A stretch of DNA of 59,160 nucleotides from Fusobacterium sp. (GTDB lineage: Bacteria > Fusobacteriota > Fusobacteriia > Fusobacteriales > Fusobacteriaceae): the NCBI RefSeq assembly GCF_029258315.1, contig NZ_JARHZE010000041.1, positions 1 through 59,160 on the forward strand, written 5' to 3'. Below are positions 32,057 to 40,137 of the stretch, piece after piece. The position numbers were made by a program, and so were the translations under genes. Position 1 is the stretch's first letter; every line of letters starts with the position of its first letter. The notes beneath the pieces are model-generated. The model saw nothing but the letters and a program-made list of their open reading frames with translations, had not been told where the DNA came from and ran no database searches.

Positions 32057-32085
32057 TTGACAAATGCTTTAAAAAATATTATAAT
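32057..32085 (+). promoter_or_regulatory. Sigma70 promoter
   Basis: Perfect TTGACA-17 nt-TATAAT. Confidence 0.85.
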
Positions 32086-32125
32086 TAAACGTTAATAGAA
32101 AAACTTATGTTAAAGGAGAAAAAAT

Positions 32126-33319
32126 ATGGGAAGATTAGTAGGTACTATTTCAAGAGGACTTCGTGCACCAATTATACATAGTGGTGACGATATAACTACT
32201 TTTACAGTAGATGCAGTTTTAGCAGCTACAAAAAGTGAAAATATAGCTTTAAGAGATAAAGATGTTGTAGCAATAACAGAATCAATTGTTGCAAGAGCAC
32301 AAGGAAACTATGCTAGCATAGATGATATCGCTGCTGATGTAAAGGCTAAATATGGAGAAAATACAATAGGAGTAATGTTCCCTATTCTAAGCCGTAACAG
32401 ATTTTCTGTTTGTTTAAAAGGAATTGCAAGAGGAGCTAAAAAAATAGTTTTAATGTTTAGCTACCCTTCAGACGAAGTAGGAAATCACTTTATAGATTAT
32501 GATTTATTAGATGAAAAAGGGGTAAATCCTTGGACAGATGTTCTTACAGAAAAAGAATTCACTGAAAAATTTGGAAATCCAATCCACGTTTTCACTGGAG
32601 TAAATTATATCGAATACTATTCAGAATTAATCAGAGAGCAAGGAGCAGAAGTAGAAGTTATTTTTGCAAACAATCCAACAGCTATCTTAAAATATACTGA
32701 CTGTGTATTAAACTGTGATATTCATACTCGTATGAGAACTAAAAAATTATTAAAAAATGCTGGAGCTAAAATAGTTTATGGAATGGACGAAATATTAACA
32801 GCATCTGTTAATGGAAGTGGATATAATGAAGCTTATGGATTATTAGGATCTAATAAAGCTACTGAAGATACAGTAAAATTATTCCCTCGTAACTGTAAAG
32901 ATATAGTTGTAAAAATCCAATCTATGTTAAAAGAAGCTACAGGAAAAAATATAGAAGTTATGGTATATGGAGACGGAGCTTTCAAAGATCCAGTTGGAAA
33001 AATATGGGAACTTGCTGACCCAGTAGTATCTCCTGGATATACAGATGGATTAGAAGGAACACCAAACGAAATAAAATTAAAATACTTAGCTGATAATGAT
33101 CTTGCTGATCTTAAAGGTGAAGAATTAAATAAAGCTGTTGCAGAAGCAATAAAAAGTAAAGATTCTGATTTAAAAGGACAAATGATAACTCAAGGAACTA
33201 CTCCAAGAAGATTAACTGACCTTATCGGATCACTTTGTGACTTAACTTCAGGAAGTGGAGATAAAGGAACACCAATTATATTAATTCAAGGTTACTTTGA
33301 TAACTACATAGATGACTAA
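32126..33319 (+). CDS. F420-0:gamma-glutamyl ligase (CofE)-like protein of unknown function
   Basis: 'RGLRAPII..GDD', 'DVVAITESIVARAQG', 'DLTSGSGDKGTPIILIQGY'. Confidence 0.75.
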   Translation: MGRLVGTISRGLRAPIIHSGDDITTFTVDAVLAATKSENIALRDKDVVAITESIVARAQGNYASIDDIAADVKAKYGENTIGVMFPILSRNRFSVCLKGIARGAKKIVLMFSYPSDEVGNHFIDYDLLDEKGVNPWTDVLTEKEFTEKFGNPIHVFTGVNYIEYYSELIREQGAEVEVIFANNPTAILKYTDCVLNCDIHTRMRTKKLLKNAGAKIVYGMDEILTASVNGSGYNEAYGLLGSNKATEDTVKLFPRNCKDIVVKIQSMLKEATGKNIEVMVYGDGAFKDPVGKIWELADPVVSPGYTDGLEGTPNEIKLKYLADNDLADLKGEELNKAVAEAIKSKDSDLKGQMITQGTTPRRLTDLIGSLCDLTSGSGDKGTPIILIQGYFDNYIDD

Positions 33320-33326
33320 TTAAAAA

Positions 33327-33355
33327 TTAGAGGATAATCTAAGATTATCCTCTAA
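33327..33355. terminator. Bidirectional terminator
   Basis: TTAGAGGATAATC/GATTATCCTCTAA between convergent genes. Confidence 0.75.
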
Positions 33356-33359
33356 AAAT

Positions 33360-33665
33360 TTATTCAGCTTCAATATCAATTATCATTTTTTTAGCAAATA
33401 GGCTAAAGAAATTTGATTTAATATTTATTGTTTTTAAATTTTTTAAATAAGTTGGAATAAACACTTTTATTCCTTCAATTTCTTGAATATCATATTCAAG
33501 AGTTTTAGCTTCTATTTGAGTCATATCTTTTATGAATTCACCCTGAATTACATCACGACATCCAGCTCAGCCAAAGTTTAAAGATTCTCTTTTTAAAGCG
33601 ATACCAATTAAATTATTTTCTTTAATATGGTTAATTATTTTTTTATTAATACTAATCTCTGCCAT
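33360..33665 (-). CDS. HesB-like / CC-Se motif family putative selenoprotein (101 aa, UGA at codon 33); not in ORF track
   Basis: SD AGGAGG + ATG; MAEISINKKIINHIKENNLIGIALKRESLNFG-U-AGCRDV...EIEGIKVFIP...; the frame stays open 68 codons past TGA (33567-33569) to TAA. Confidence 0.75.
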
Positions 33666-33740
33666 AATATCCTCCTTTCTTTTTTATATTATTATATCAT
33701 ATATAAAGAAATTTTATCAAATTTAAAATTAGGAGGGAAA

Positions 33741-34547
33741 GTGAAATATAAAGCAATAATAAGTGATTTAGATGGAACTCTATTAAATTCAAATCATAGA
33801 ATTTCAGAATATACAAAAGAAGTTATAAAAAATATTATAAAAACTAAGGGTGTAAAATTTATAATTGCAACAGGAAGACATTATATAGATGCCTCTTGTT
33901 TTATGAAACAACTTGAATCAGAAACTTATTTAATATCTTCAAACGGAGCTAATGCTCACACAAATACTGGAAAAATTTTAACAGAACACTATCTTGAAAA
34001 AGAATATATAGATGGTATTTTAAAATTGGATATAGATAAGGATATATCAGTGAATGTTTTTACAAGTAATGGGTGGTGTGTAGATAAATTATTACCAGAA
34101 TTTAAGGAATATCATAAGGATTCTGGATTTGCTCCAGAAGTTGTAGATTTTAAAAATTTTAAAAGAGATGATATTTTAAAATTTTGTTATATAGCAAGAG
34201 ATCCTAAAAAGATTGAGGATTTAGAGAAAGAAATTAAAAATAATAAATTTTTAGCAGAAAATATAGAAATAACAGCATCATTGGATATTTGTTTGGAGAT
34301 AATGAAAAAGAATACTACAAAAGGGAAAACTTTAAAAGAGATATTGGATGAAGAGGGAATAGATCTTTCAGAGGTTATAGCTTTTGGAGATGGATTAAAT
34401 GATGCAGAGATGCTAAGTACAGTTGGAAAAGGATTGATAATGGGAAATGCTAGTGAAAAATTAAAAAAAGCGTTACCAAATTTAGAAGTAATTGGTACTA
34501 ATGATGAAGATGCTGAAGCAAAATATTTAGAAAAAATTTTTAATTAA
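33741..34547 (+). CDS. Cof-type HAD hydrolase
   Basis: 'DLDGTLLN', 'ATGR', 'AFGDGLND.EML', 'MGNA'; GTG start at 33741 after SD AGGAGGG. Confidence 0.92.
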   Translation: MKYKAIISDLDGTLLNSNHRISEYTKEVIKNIIKTKGVKFIIATGRHYIDASCFMKQLESETYLISSNGANAHTNTGKILTEHYLEKEYIDGILKLDIDKDISVNVFTSNGWCVDKLLPEFKEYHKDSGFAPEVVDFKNFKRDDILKFCYIARDPKKIEDLEKEIKNNKFLAENIEITASLDICLEIMKKNTTKGKTLKEILDEEGIDLSEVIAFGDGLNDAEMLSTVGKGLIMGNASEKLKKALPNLEVIGTNDEDAEAKYLEKIFN

Positions 34548-34603
34548 GAATGGATTTTTGTTTAAATAAAAAATTTATATTTTATAATAGAGGGGAGAGA
34601 GTT

Positions 34604-35275
34604 ATGGAATTTAAGATTTTTTATGATGAAACTGAAGAGAATAAAAATATTTTAAGTAAATTATTAGAAAATAAATATATCAAAGAAGCTGTTCTTACTA
34701 AAAAATACAATAGAGAAGTTACCTTAGTAAATATTGATGGAAAAGAATATGTAGTAAAAAGAGAGATTTCTAAGAACTTCTTTGGTTTAAATAATAATAT
34801 AAAAATGATGTATAAGAATATAAAAGATTTAAATTCAAAAGGATTTTATAATACATATAATATAAAAGTTATAATAGAAAAAAAACTAGGACTTTTTAAG
34901 TCAGAAATGATATATATAACTGATTATATAAAAGGTGAGGAGCCTAAGACTGCTAAAGATTATGAAGAGATTATGAAAACTTTATTAAAGCTTCATAAAT
35001 TAAAACACTATCATGGTGATTGTAAACCAGAAAATTTTGTGAAAACTTATTCTGGAATGGTAATGATCGATAGTAAGTTTAGGAGATCATTTTTTAGCAA
35101 ATTAGGACTTTATAAAGATATATTAAGATTACAGAGATTTACAAAAGAGCCATTAAATTTAGACAAATATTTTAAGGATTACAAGAAAAGTTTAATGTAT
35201 TATATAGCTATTCTATTAATTTATAGAAGGGATATTTTCAGAGGAAATAAAAAGTTTTGGAAAGAAGTAATATAA
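34604..35275 (+). CDS. LPS core heptose kinase (RfaY/WaaY-like)
   Basis: Kinase-like 'YVVK', 'YIKG', 'LH...YHGDCKPENF', 'IDS'; start MEFKIF after SD. Confidence 0.65.
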   Translation: MEFKIFYDETEENKNILSKLLENKYIKEAVLTKKYNREVTLVNIDGKEYVVKREISKNFFGLNNNIKMMYKNIKDLNSKGFYNTYNIKVIIEKKLGLFKSEMIYITDYIKGEEPKTAKDYEEIMKTLLKLHKLKHYHGDCKPENFVKTYSGMVMIDSKFRRSFFSKLGLYKDILRLQRFTKEPLNLDKYFKDYKKSLMYYIAILLIYRRDIFRGNKKFWKEVI

Positions 35276-35283
35276 AATGATAA

Positions 35284-35320
35284 AAAAGAGGAGAGATTTA
35301 TAATTTTCTCCTCTTTTATT
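35284..35320 (+). terminator. Terminator after the kinase gene
   Basis: AAAAGAGGAGA/TCTCCTCTTTT. Confidence 0.7.
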
Positions 35321-35372
35321 ATTGTCTAAGAATTATAAATTAAATGGGAATTAAAAATAAAAAGATTAAAAT

Positions 35373-35401
35373 AAAAAAATTACACCATTAAAGGTGTAAT
35401 C
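35373..35401 (-). terminator. Terminator of the ung/small-peptide unit
   Basis: ATTACACC/GGTGTAAT stem with A-run on the plus strand. Confidence 0.7.
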
Positions 35402-35404
35402 TAA

Positions 35405-35497
35405 TTATTTTTTCCTTTTTGTAAGAAACCAAAATATAATTCCAAGAGTAATTGGAAATAAAACAATGTTCATAATTAATAAGATTTTATTATTCAT
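35405..35497 (-). CDS. 30-aa single-TM small protein MNNKILLIMNIVLFPITLGIIFWFLTKRKK; not in ORF track
   Basis: SD AGGGGG upstream of ATG; between the ung stop and a terminator. Confidence 0.7.
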   Translation of the reverse strand: MNNKILLIMNIVLFPITLGIIFWFLTKRKK

Positions 35498-35513
35498 AAC
35501 TGTCCCCCTTTAA

Positions 35514-36188
35514 TTATAAATTTGGAATACTCCAGTCAATTTCTTTTTTTCCAAGAGATTTTAAAATTTCATTAACCTTTTTAAAATGCCCACAACCAAA
35601 AAATCCACGACTGGCAGAAAGAGGGCTAGGATGTACCCCTTCAATTATAAAATGATTTTTATTTGTTATTAATTTTTTTTTAGTTTTTGCATTATTTCCC
35701 CAAAGAATAAATATTACAGGTTCATCTTTTTCATTTAAAAGCTCAATAATTCTATCAGTAAAAATTTCCCAACCTCTTCCCTTGTGAGAGTTAGCAAGTC
35801 CATCTCTAACAGTTAGAACAGTATTTATCATAAGTATACCTTGTTTAGCCCAAGAAACTAAATATCCGTTGTTTGGTGGTTTTATTCCAAGTTCACTTTC
35901 AATCTCTTTATACATATTTTTTAGAGATGGTGGAGGAGTTATTCCCGGTTTAACAGAAAAAGCTAATCCATGAGCTTGCCCCTCTCCATGATATGGATCT
36001 TGACCAAGTAATAAAATTTTTGTATCTTTATAACTCGAAAGTTTTAGAGCAGAAAAAATTTCGTCCATATCTGGATGAATTTTTTGAGTCTTATATTCAT
36101 TGACTAAAAATTTTCTTAATTCTTGATAATATTCTTTATCAAATTCAGGTTTTAATAGTTCGTCCCAATCATTTCCAATATTTATCAT
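35514..36188 (-). CDS. ung: Uracil-DNA glycosylase family 1
   Basis: 'GQDPYH', 'AHGLAFSV', 'PPSL', 'HPSPLS'. Confidence 0.98.
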   Translation of the reverse strand: MINIGNDWDELLKPEFDKEYYQELRKFLVNEYKTQKIHPDMDEIFSALKLSSYKDTKILLLGQDPYHGEGQAHGLAFSVKPGITPPPSLKNMYKEIESELGIKPPNNGYLVSWAKQGILMINTVLTVRDGLANSHKGRGWEIFTDRIIELLNEKDEPVIFILWGNNAKTKKKLITNKNHFIIEGVHPSPLSASRGFFGCGHFKKVNEILKSLGKKEIDWSIPNL

Positions 36189-36206
36189 GAGCTAATCACC
36201 TCTTAA

Positions 36207-37988
36207 TTATTTTGCACAAAAATCTTTTTTGCTATCAACAATAGAACCACATTGTGGGATTCTATTTTTCATTCCACAACCAAGACAACCAAGTCTACAA
36301 TCATGAGAAAGAGATTGTTTTTCAGCTAAATGGTATTCTCTCTTTAAAAATTCTTTAGATACTCCAATATCTATAATATCCCAAGGAAGAGTTGCATCAA
36401 AATCTCTTTCACCTAAATAATAGTTTACATCCATTCCAAGTTCAGAAAGTGCTTCCATCCAAAGATTATAGTTATCTCTATAATCATCAAGTTTAACACC
36501 TTTTTTAAATGCAAGTTCTATTAAATCTCCAGTTCTTTCATCTCCTCTTGAAATAAGTCCCTCAAGTAAAGATTTCTTAGGTGGGTGAATTTTTAAAGCT
36601 GCTCCTTTTAATCCTGAGAAAAGTTCTCTTAAGAAAGAATGCTTTTCAACCATTTCATCCATAGACATCTGTTTACACCATTCAAATGGGGTATGAGGCT
36701 TTGGAACAAAGTTAGAAACACTGGCAGTTATATTTATTCTCTTATCAATTTTTCTACACATAATAGAAACTTTTTTAACGAGCTCATAAATTCCTTGAAC
36801 ATCTTCCATTGTTTCAAAAGGAAGTCCTATCATAAAATAGAATTTTAAAGACATCCAACCAGCTTTAACAGCAGCTTCAGCAGTATCCATTATTTGTTGT
36901 TCAGTAACACCTTTATTTATAATATCTCTCATTCTTTGGCTACCAGCTTCTGGGGCAAAAGTAAATCCTGTTCTTTTTCCTCCACTGATAATTTCAGCAA
37001 CTTCAACAGAGTGAGTATTCATTCTAAGTGATGGAAGAGAAACTCCAACACTGTCAGAAGAATATTTTGACTTTATAGCTTCAATAAGAGAATCTATATT
37101 TGTATAGTCACTACTACTTAAAGATGAAAGTGAAATTTCAGAGTGTCCTGTATTTTCTATTAATTTAGAAACAAGTTCAATATTTTTTTCAAGACTACGC
37201 TCTCTAACAGGTCTATAAACTATCCCAGCTTGGCAGAACCTACAACCTCTTGTGCAACCTCTTTGGATTTCAGCTGTAGCTCTGTCATGAACAATAGCCA
37301 TATAAGGTATAAGTTGCTCATCATATAGGTCACATTTATTTAAATCTTGAACAATGGCTCTTTTTATTTTTTGATTTTCATCATGAAGAGAAGGGATATA
37401 AATTCCCTCTATTTTTGAAAGAGCTTGTAATTTTTCAGCCTTTGACTTTCCTTTTGTTTCAACAAGTATTCTTGCAAGTTCAGGCATATTTTCTTCACCA
37501 TCACCAACCATTAAAAAGTCAACAAACTTTTTAAGTGGAGCTGGGTTCATAACACAAGTACCTCCAGCCATAACAAGAGGATCATTTTCTCCTCTATCCT
37601 CTCTTCTTATTGGAATACCAGCTAAAGAAAGAGCGTTTAACATATTAGGATAGCACATCTCATAAGAAAGAGAGAATCCAACCACGTCAAAATCTTTTAA
37701 TTCACTTTTAGTTTCAAGAGAGAACATAGGAATATTGTTTGTTCTCATAATTTCTTCCATATCATCCATAGGCATAAAAGCTCTTTCTAAATAAAAGTTA
37801 GGAACTTTATTCATAAGAGTGTAAAGAATTTTTATACCAAGGTTAGACATACCTACCTCATAAATATCTGGGAAAACTAAACACATATTGCTAGTCCATT
37901 TTTCCTTATGACAACTATTGATTTCATTTCCAAGATATTGAGCAGGTTTCTCAACAGATAAAAGATATTCGTTTATATTTACTTTCAT
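36207..37988 (-). CDS. B12-binding radical SAM protein (TIGR03960-like)
   Basis: 'FPDIYEVGMSNLG', CxxxCxxC 'CTRGCRFC', 'TFAPEAG', 'FVPKPHTPF'. Confidence 0.88.
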   Translation of the reverse strand: MKVNINEYLLSVEKPAQYLGNEINSCHKEKWTSNMCLVFPDIYEVGMSNLGIKILYTLMNKVPNFYLERAFMPMDDMEEIMRTNNIPMFSLETKSELKDFDVVGFSLSYEMCYPNMLNALSLAGIPIRREDRGENDPLVMAGGTCVMNPAPLKKFVDFLMVGDGEENMPELARILVETKGKSKAEKLQALSKIEGIYIPSLHDENQKIKRAIVQDLNKCDLYDEQLIPYMAIVHDRATAEIQRGCTRGCRFCQAGIVYRPVRERSLEKNIELVSKLIENTGHSEISLSSLSSSDYTNIDSLIEAIKSKYSSDSVGVSLPSLRMNTHSVEVAEIISGGKRTGFTFAPEAGSQRMRDIINKGVTEQQIMDTAEAAVKAGWMSLKFYFMIGLPFETMEDVQGIYELVKKVSIMCRKIDKRINITASVSNFVPKPHTPFEWCKQMSMDEMVEKHSFLRELFSGLKGAALKIHPPKKSLLEGLISRGDERTGDLIELAFKKGVKLDDYRDNYNLWMEALSELGMDVNYYLGERDFDATLPWDIIDIGVSKEFLKREYHLAEKQSLSHDCRLGCLGCGMKNRIPQCGSIVDSKKDFCAK

Positions 37989-38006
37989 TAATTACCTCTT
38001 TAAATT

Positions 38007-38429
38007 TTATTTATCATCTAATTGTTGAAAAATTTTCATCTTTTCATCAAAAGGTGGAAGATGGTGTTTTAAAGCTAATTCTCCAACAATTTTATTTATA
38101 TTTTCAAGCTTTTTATAAGCTAGACTTGGGTGATTTTCTATTTTTTTATCACCGATTAAAACTTTTTTTATCCTTCTTAAAAGTGAAAAGTTTTCCTTTC
38201 CACAATCATGTAGTAGAGCAAGTTTTAAATAATTTATATCAGTGGAAAGAGTTTTATTCTCTTTAACTAATTTATATAAATTAAAAGAGTGAAGTTTGTC
38301 ATATTCACTCATTTCATTAAAAATTTTAAATTCTTCATCAGTCAATATATTTTTTACCAATAAATCAAACTCATCAGAATAACTGCAAAAAATATATGTG
38401 TAAACTTGTTTAATTCTAGATTTAATCAT
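38007..38429 (-). CDS. HD domain protein
   Basis: 'HS...ALLHDCGK...H...HH...DD'. Confidence 0.85.
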   Translation of the reverse strand: MIKSRIKQVYTYIFCSYSDEFDLLVKNILTDEEFKIFNEMSEYDKLHSFNLYKLVKENKTLSTDINYLKLALLHDCGKENFSLLRRIKKVLIGDKKIENHPSLAYKKLENINKIVGELALKHHLPPFDEKMKIFQQLDDK

Positions 38430-39273
38430 AATCTCTCACTATAATATTTCCAAGCTGTTGTCTTAATTTTTTTATATTACTTCCTCTTTTACCAATAACC
38501 TCTCCTCTTTTTAAAGGATCCACATAAAGTATATGGATATTATTGGCTATATTTTTTTCTATCTTAATAACATTTTCAATTTTTAAAGAATCATCTTCAA
38601 CAAAAATATTATCGAGAAGCTCTTTTTTTAAAATAACACTTTCAAGAGTTAGATATTTTCCAGGAAGTGGAGTTTTCTCTCCAGTCAGGATATAACCACT
38701 TGTTATTCTAACTTGTTTTGGCATAAAAGAATTTCCTAAAAAAGTTAAAGCATTATTTTCAAAAGAAATGTTAACAGTTCTTATATGTTCTTTTAATTTC
38801 TCTCCCTTAGAATCAGAAAATACACTTACATCATAAGTCCCGCTAAGCTCTTTACAAAGCTTTTCTATCTCCTCTTTAGAAGAAGTTATTAGTTTTTCAG
38901 GATACTTATAAATATATTTTCTTTGTTCCACATAGTCTGGAAAGGAAAGGTTTGGAAATGTTTTTCTATAACGAGTTATTTTCATCTTTCCTTCAGCTAA
39001 GATATTAAATTCATCAATTATTTTCTGAATATTTCTGTTGAAAGTACTACTAACATAAAGACAATTACTTCCGGAAACTTTAGCATCTGTTCTTCCTCCT
39101 TGTTGAATCCCTTTAGCCCAAGTAAAACCTAAGGAATTCATAATAGTTTTAAATTTACCTTTTACAGTTTCTTTATTTTTGATTTCATCAAAGGAATCAA
39201 AGTATTTTCCATTATAAAATATATCAAAGATATAACCTATTTTATTAGTTTTTTCTAAAGATCTTATATCCAT
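38422..39273 (-). CDS. TruA-like pseudouridine synthase with C-terminal KH-like segment
   Basis: 'GGRTDAKVSG', 'RKYIY', 'GNSFMPKQVR'; C-terminal 'GEVIGKRGSNIKKL'; start MDIRS after SD GAGG. Confidence 0.75.
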   Translation of the reverse strand: MDIRSLEKTNKIGYIFDIFYNGKYFDSFDEIKNKETVKGKFKTIMNSLGFTWAKGIQQGGRTDAKVSGSNCLYVSSTFNRNIQKIIDEFNILAEGKMKITRYRKTFPNLSFPDYVEQRKYIYKYPEKLITSSKEEIEKLCKELSGTYDVSVFSDSKGEKLKEHIRTVNISFENNALTFLGNSFMPKQVRITSGYILTGEKTPLPGKYLTLESVILKKELLDNIFVEDDSLKIENVIKIEKNIANNIHILYVDPLKRGEVIGKRGSNIKKLRQQLGNIIVRDYD

Positions 39274-39339
39274 ATTTCCTCTTTCAAAAATAAAATTTAC
39301 ATACAATTAAATTATATCATAATTACTTAATAGACTCAA

Positions 39340-39999
39340 CTATTTATACCATTTTTCTTTAAGTATAGTTCCTCTATTTGAATAAGTAATCTCTTTTTCA
39401 ATCTCTCCTTTTGGACTAAATTCTTTCCAAGTACCAGTTTTTAAATTATTAGTTAAAGTACCAGTCATTTTTACATTACCATTATCCCAGTAAACTACAT
39501 ATCTACCACTTCCGTTTATAATTTCACTGGAATCAAAAAGGAAACCACTAGGAGTATACCATTCAATAACTCCCTCGATTTTATTATTTATATAAGGAAA
39601 AACTGAACGGATATTACCATTTGGATAGTAAGTGATTTGCTCTCCAGTTTCTTTCCCGTCTATAAAACTTTTTTTCATACCGATAGACCCATCATCACCA
39701 AACCACATCTTAGATCCATTAAGAAGTCCATTTTTATATTCTTCAAAATAAAGTAGATGTCCAATATATCTATTGGTAAAAACCCCTGTGAAAGGAACAT
39801 CTTCCCCTTCAACATAAGCCAGTCTATTTTTATAAATTTTATTTTTTATAGGGACTTCACGAAGTTCCTTATTAAGTTCCTTTTCAGATTGCATAACAAC
39901 CTCAGTAAGTTGAGGAGTTATTGGAGCAGTTTGTTTTTGTGTCGAAGAACAACTAGAAATAATAAAAGTTGTTATGGCTAAAATAAAAAATTTTTTCAT
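39340..39999 (-). CDS. MORN2-repeat (YwqK-like) lipoprotein
   Basis: Lipobox 'IISSC'; repeats 'YKNGLLNG', 'YYPNGNI', 'YWDNGNVK'. Confidence 0.85.
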   Translation of the reverse strand: MKKFFILAITTFIISSCSSTQKQTAPITPQLTEVVMQSEKELNKELREVPIKNKIYKNRLAYVEGEDVPFTGVFTNRYIGHLLYFEEYKNGLLNGSKMWFGDDGSIGMKKSFIDGKETGEQITYYPNGNIRSVFPYINNKIEGVIEWYTPSGFLFDSSEIINGSGRYVVYWDNGNVKMTGTLTNNLKTGTWKEFSPKGEIEKEITYSNRGTILKEKWYK

Positions 40000-40137
40000 A
40001 AATTTTTCTCCCATATATTTTTTTAATCTTTGAATATTATAACATACTTTTCACAAAAATAAAAAATAATATAGAAAAATTTTTTTATATGAAGTATAAT
40101 TTAGTATCACTATAATTTTTTATAGGAGGTAAAGAAA

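Noticed and set aside
33627-33740. N-terminal extension of the HAD ORF
   Set aside because: Low-complexity, overlaps the start of the divergent UGA gene; GTG 33741 has a strong SD
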